Below, piece after piece: positions 63,400 through 64,000 of a DNA stretch of 64,000 bases. This stretch comes from Blasia pusilla (taxonomy: Eukaryota): NCBI GenBank assembly GCA_050084515.1, contig CM114271.1, positions 41,788,001 through 41,852,000 of the forward strand, read 5' to 3'. The translations under genes were made by a program, and so were the position numbers. The notes below the pieces were generated by a model. It did not search any database. It was not told the origin of the DNA and saw nothing but the letters and a program-made list of their open reading frames with translations. Each line of letters starts with the position of its first letter. Position 1 is the first letter of the stretch.

Positions 63400-64000
63400 G
63401 ATCCGGATTTGGAACGCCACTAGTGTTTGAGAGTTTCCGACTATATTTATGGCCATAACTTTTAGCGCCAAGATGCATTTGGAACAAATAAGGGTGCGTT
63501 GGAAAGCTTATGGAGAACCGGTCCAAACGCACCAAAGATCGCTGCAAACGCATAAGCAGAGGCCGAGATACAACCCGAAAACGACTGTAAGTGGAATCGG
63601 GTTGAGGGCCACAATGAAGGGCCCGACCCTCTTTTCCCAAAGGGAAGGGGTTATTGGAGAACCCCAGAAGTACTAGTAAGGGGGAAGGTCTCCGAGAGTG
63701 CTTGGAACCCAAACCCCACTTTGGGCGCCACGGGGCGGCTCAAGGGCATGGAACGGAATGCGAGTTTGGGGGTTGGGTTGGAAAACCTGCACCAAGTCCA
63801 TTGAGGTGATTTTAGACATCCCTCTTGGATTCCACCCCGCGACTCAATTACTTGGGTCTCGGTTCGGAACTCACCCGAGGACCATTGAATAGTTGGGATC
63901 GCTAGGCGCGCAAGTGCCGTTTCAGATTCCTGGACTAACCAGGAAGTCTGTTCCAAGTCTTGAAGGACTTGCCATGTTTTGGAAACTAGGAACTAAGGAA
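63400..64000 (+). repeat. Dispersed repeat, second copy of 54815-55410
   Basis: Shares the blocks listed for 54815-55410. Confidence 0.75.

Overview
Eukaryotic, intron-containing land-plant DNA; a nuclear-encoded plastid RPL15 with transit peptide is present. The TE types suggest a non-seed plant such as a bryophyte, lycophyte or fern, but that is inference. Bases 1-41 kb are a nested, heavily decayed transposon pile. A Ty1/copia element (~150-26691) carries a gypsy fragment whose integrase ends in a PHD finger, a 679-bp non-autonomous element with a perfect 10-bp TSD, and, inside its 3' LTR, a ~19-kb composite Mutator-like element (7477-26427, 10-bp TSD, asymmetric ends). The empty site of that insertion is visible in a second LTR copy at 27040-27049. 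The large element encodes a GCM-like/DDE/SWIM transposase plus a cargo gene, present twice, with a ParB/Sulfiredoxin-like domain and, in copy 1, a divergent amino-(N6A/N4C)-DNA-methyltransferase-like domain. Dozens of copies of a 29-bp palindrome (TGCAACCCGTCGGA-N-TCCGACGGGTTGCA) cluster near its ends and in its predicted introns. This transposase + ParB/MTase-like cargo + palindrome-array module is the best candidate for an undescribed system. Helitron, LINE and gypsy remnants follow. Two intact host genes lie at 44.6-60.3 kb: a C2-inositol polyphosphate 5-phosphatase-C2 gene (+) and plastid ribosomal protein L15 (-), each with a GC-AG intron. A kinase-like pseudogene and repeats end the window. 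All domain calls are by eye from motifs; no searches were run.
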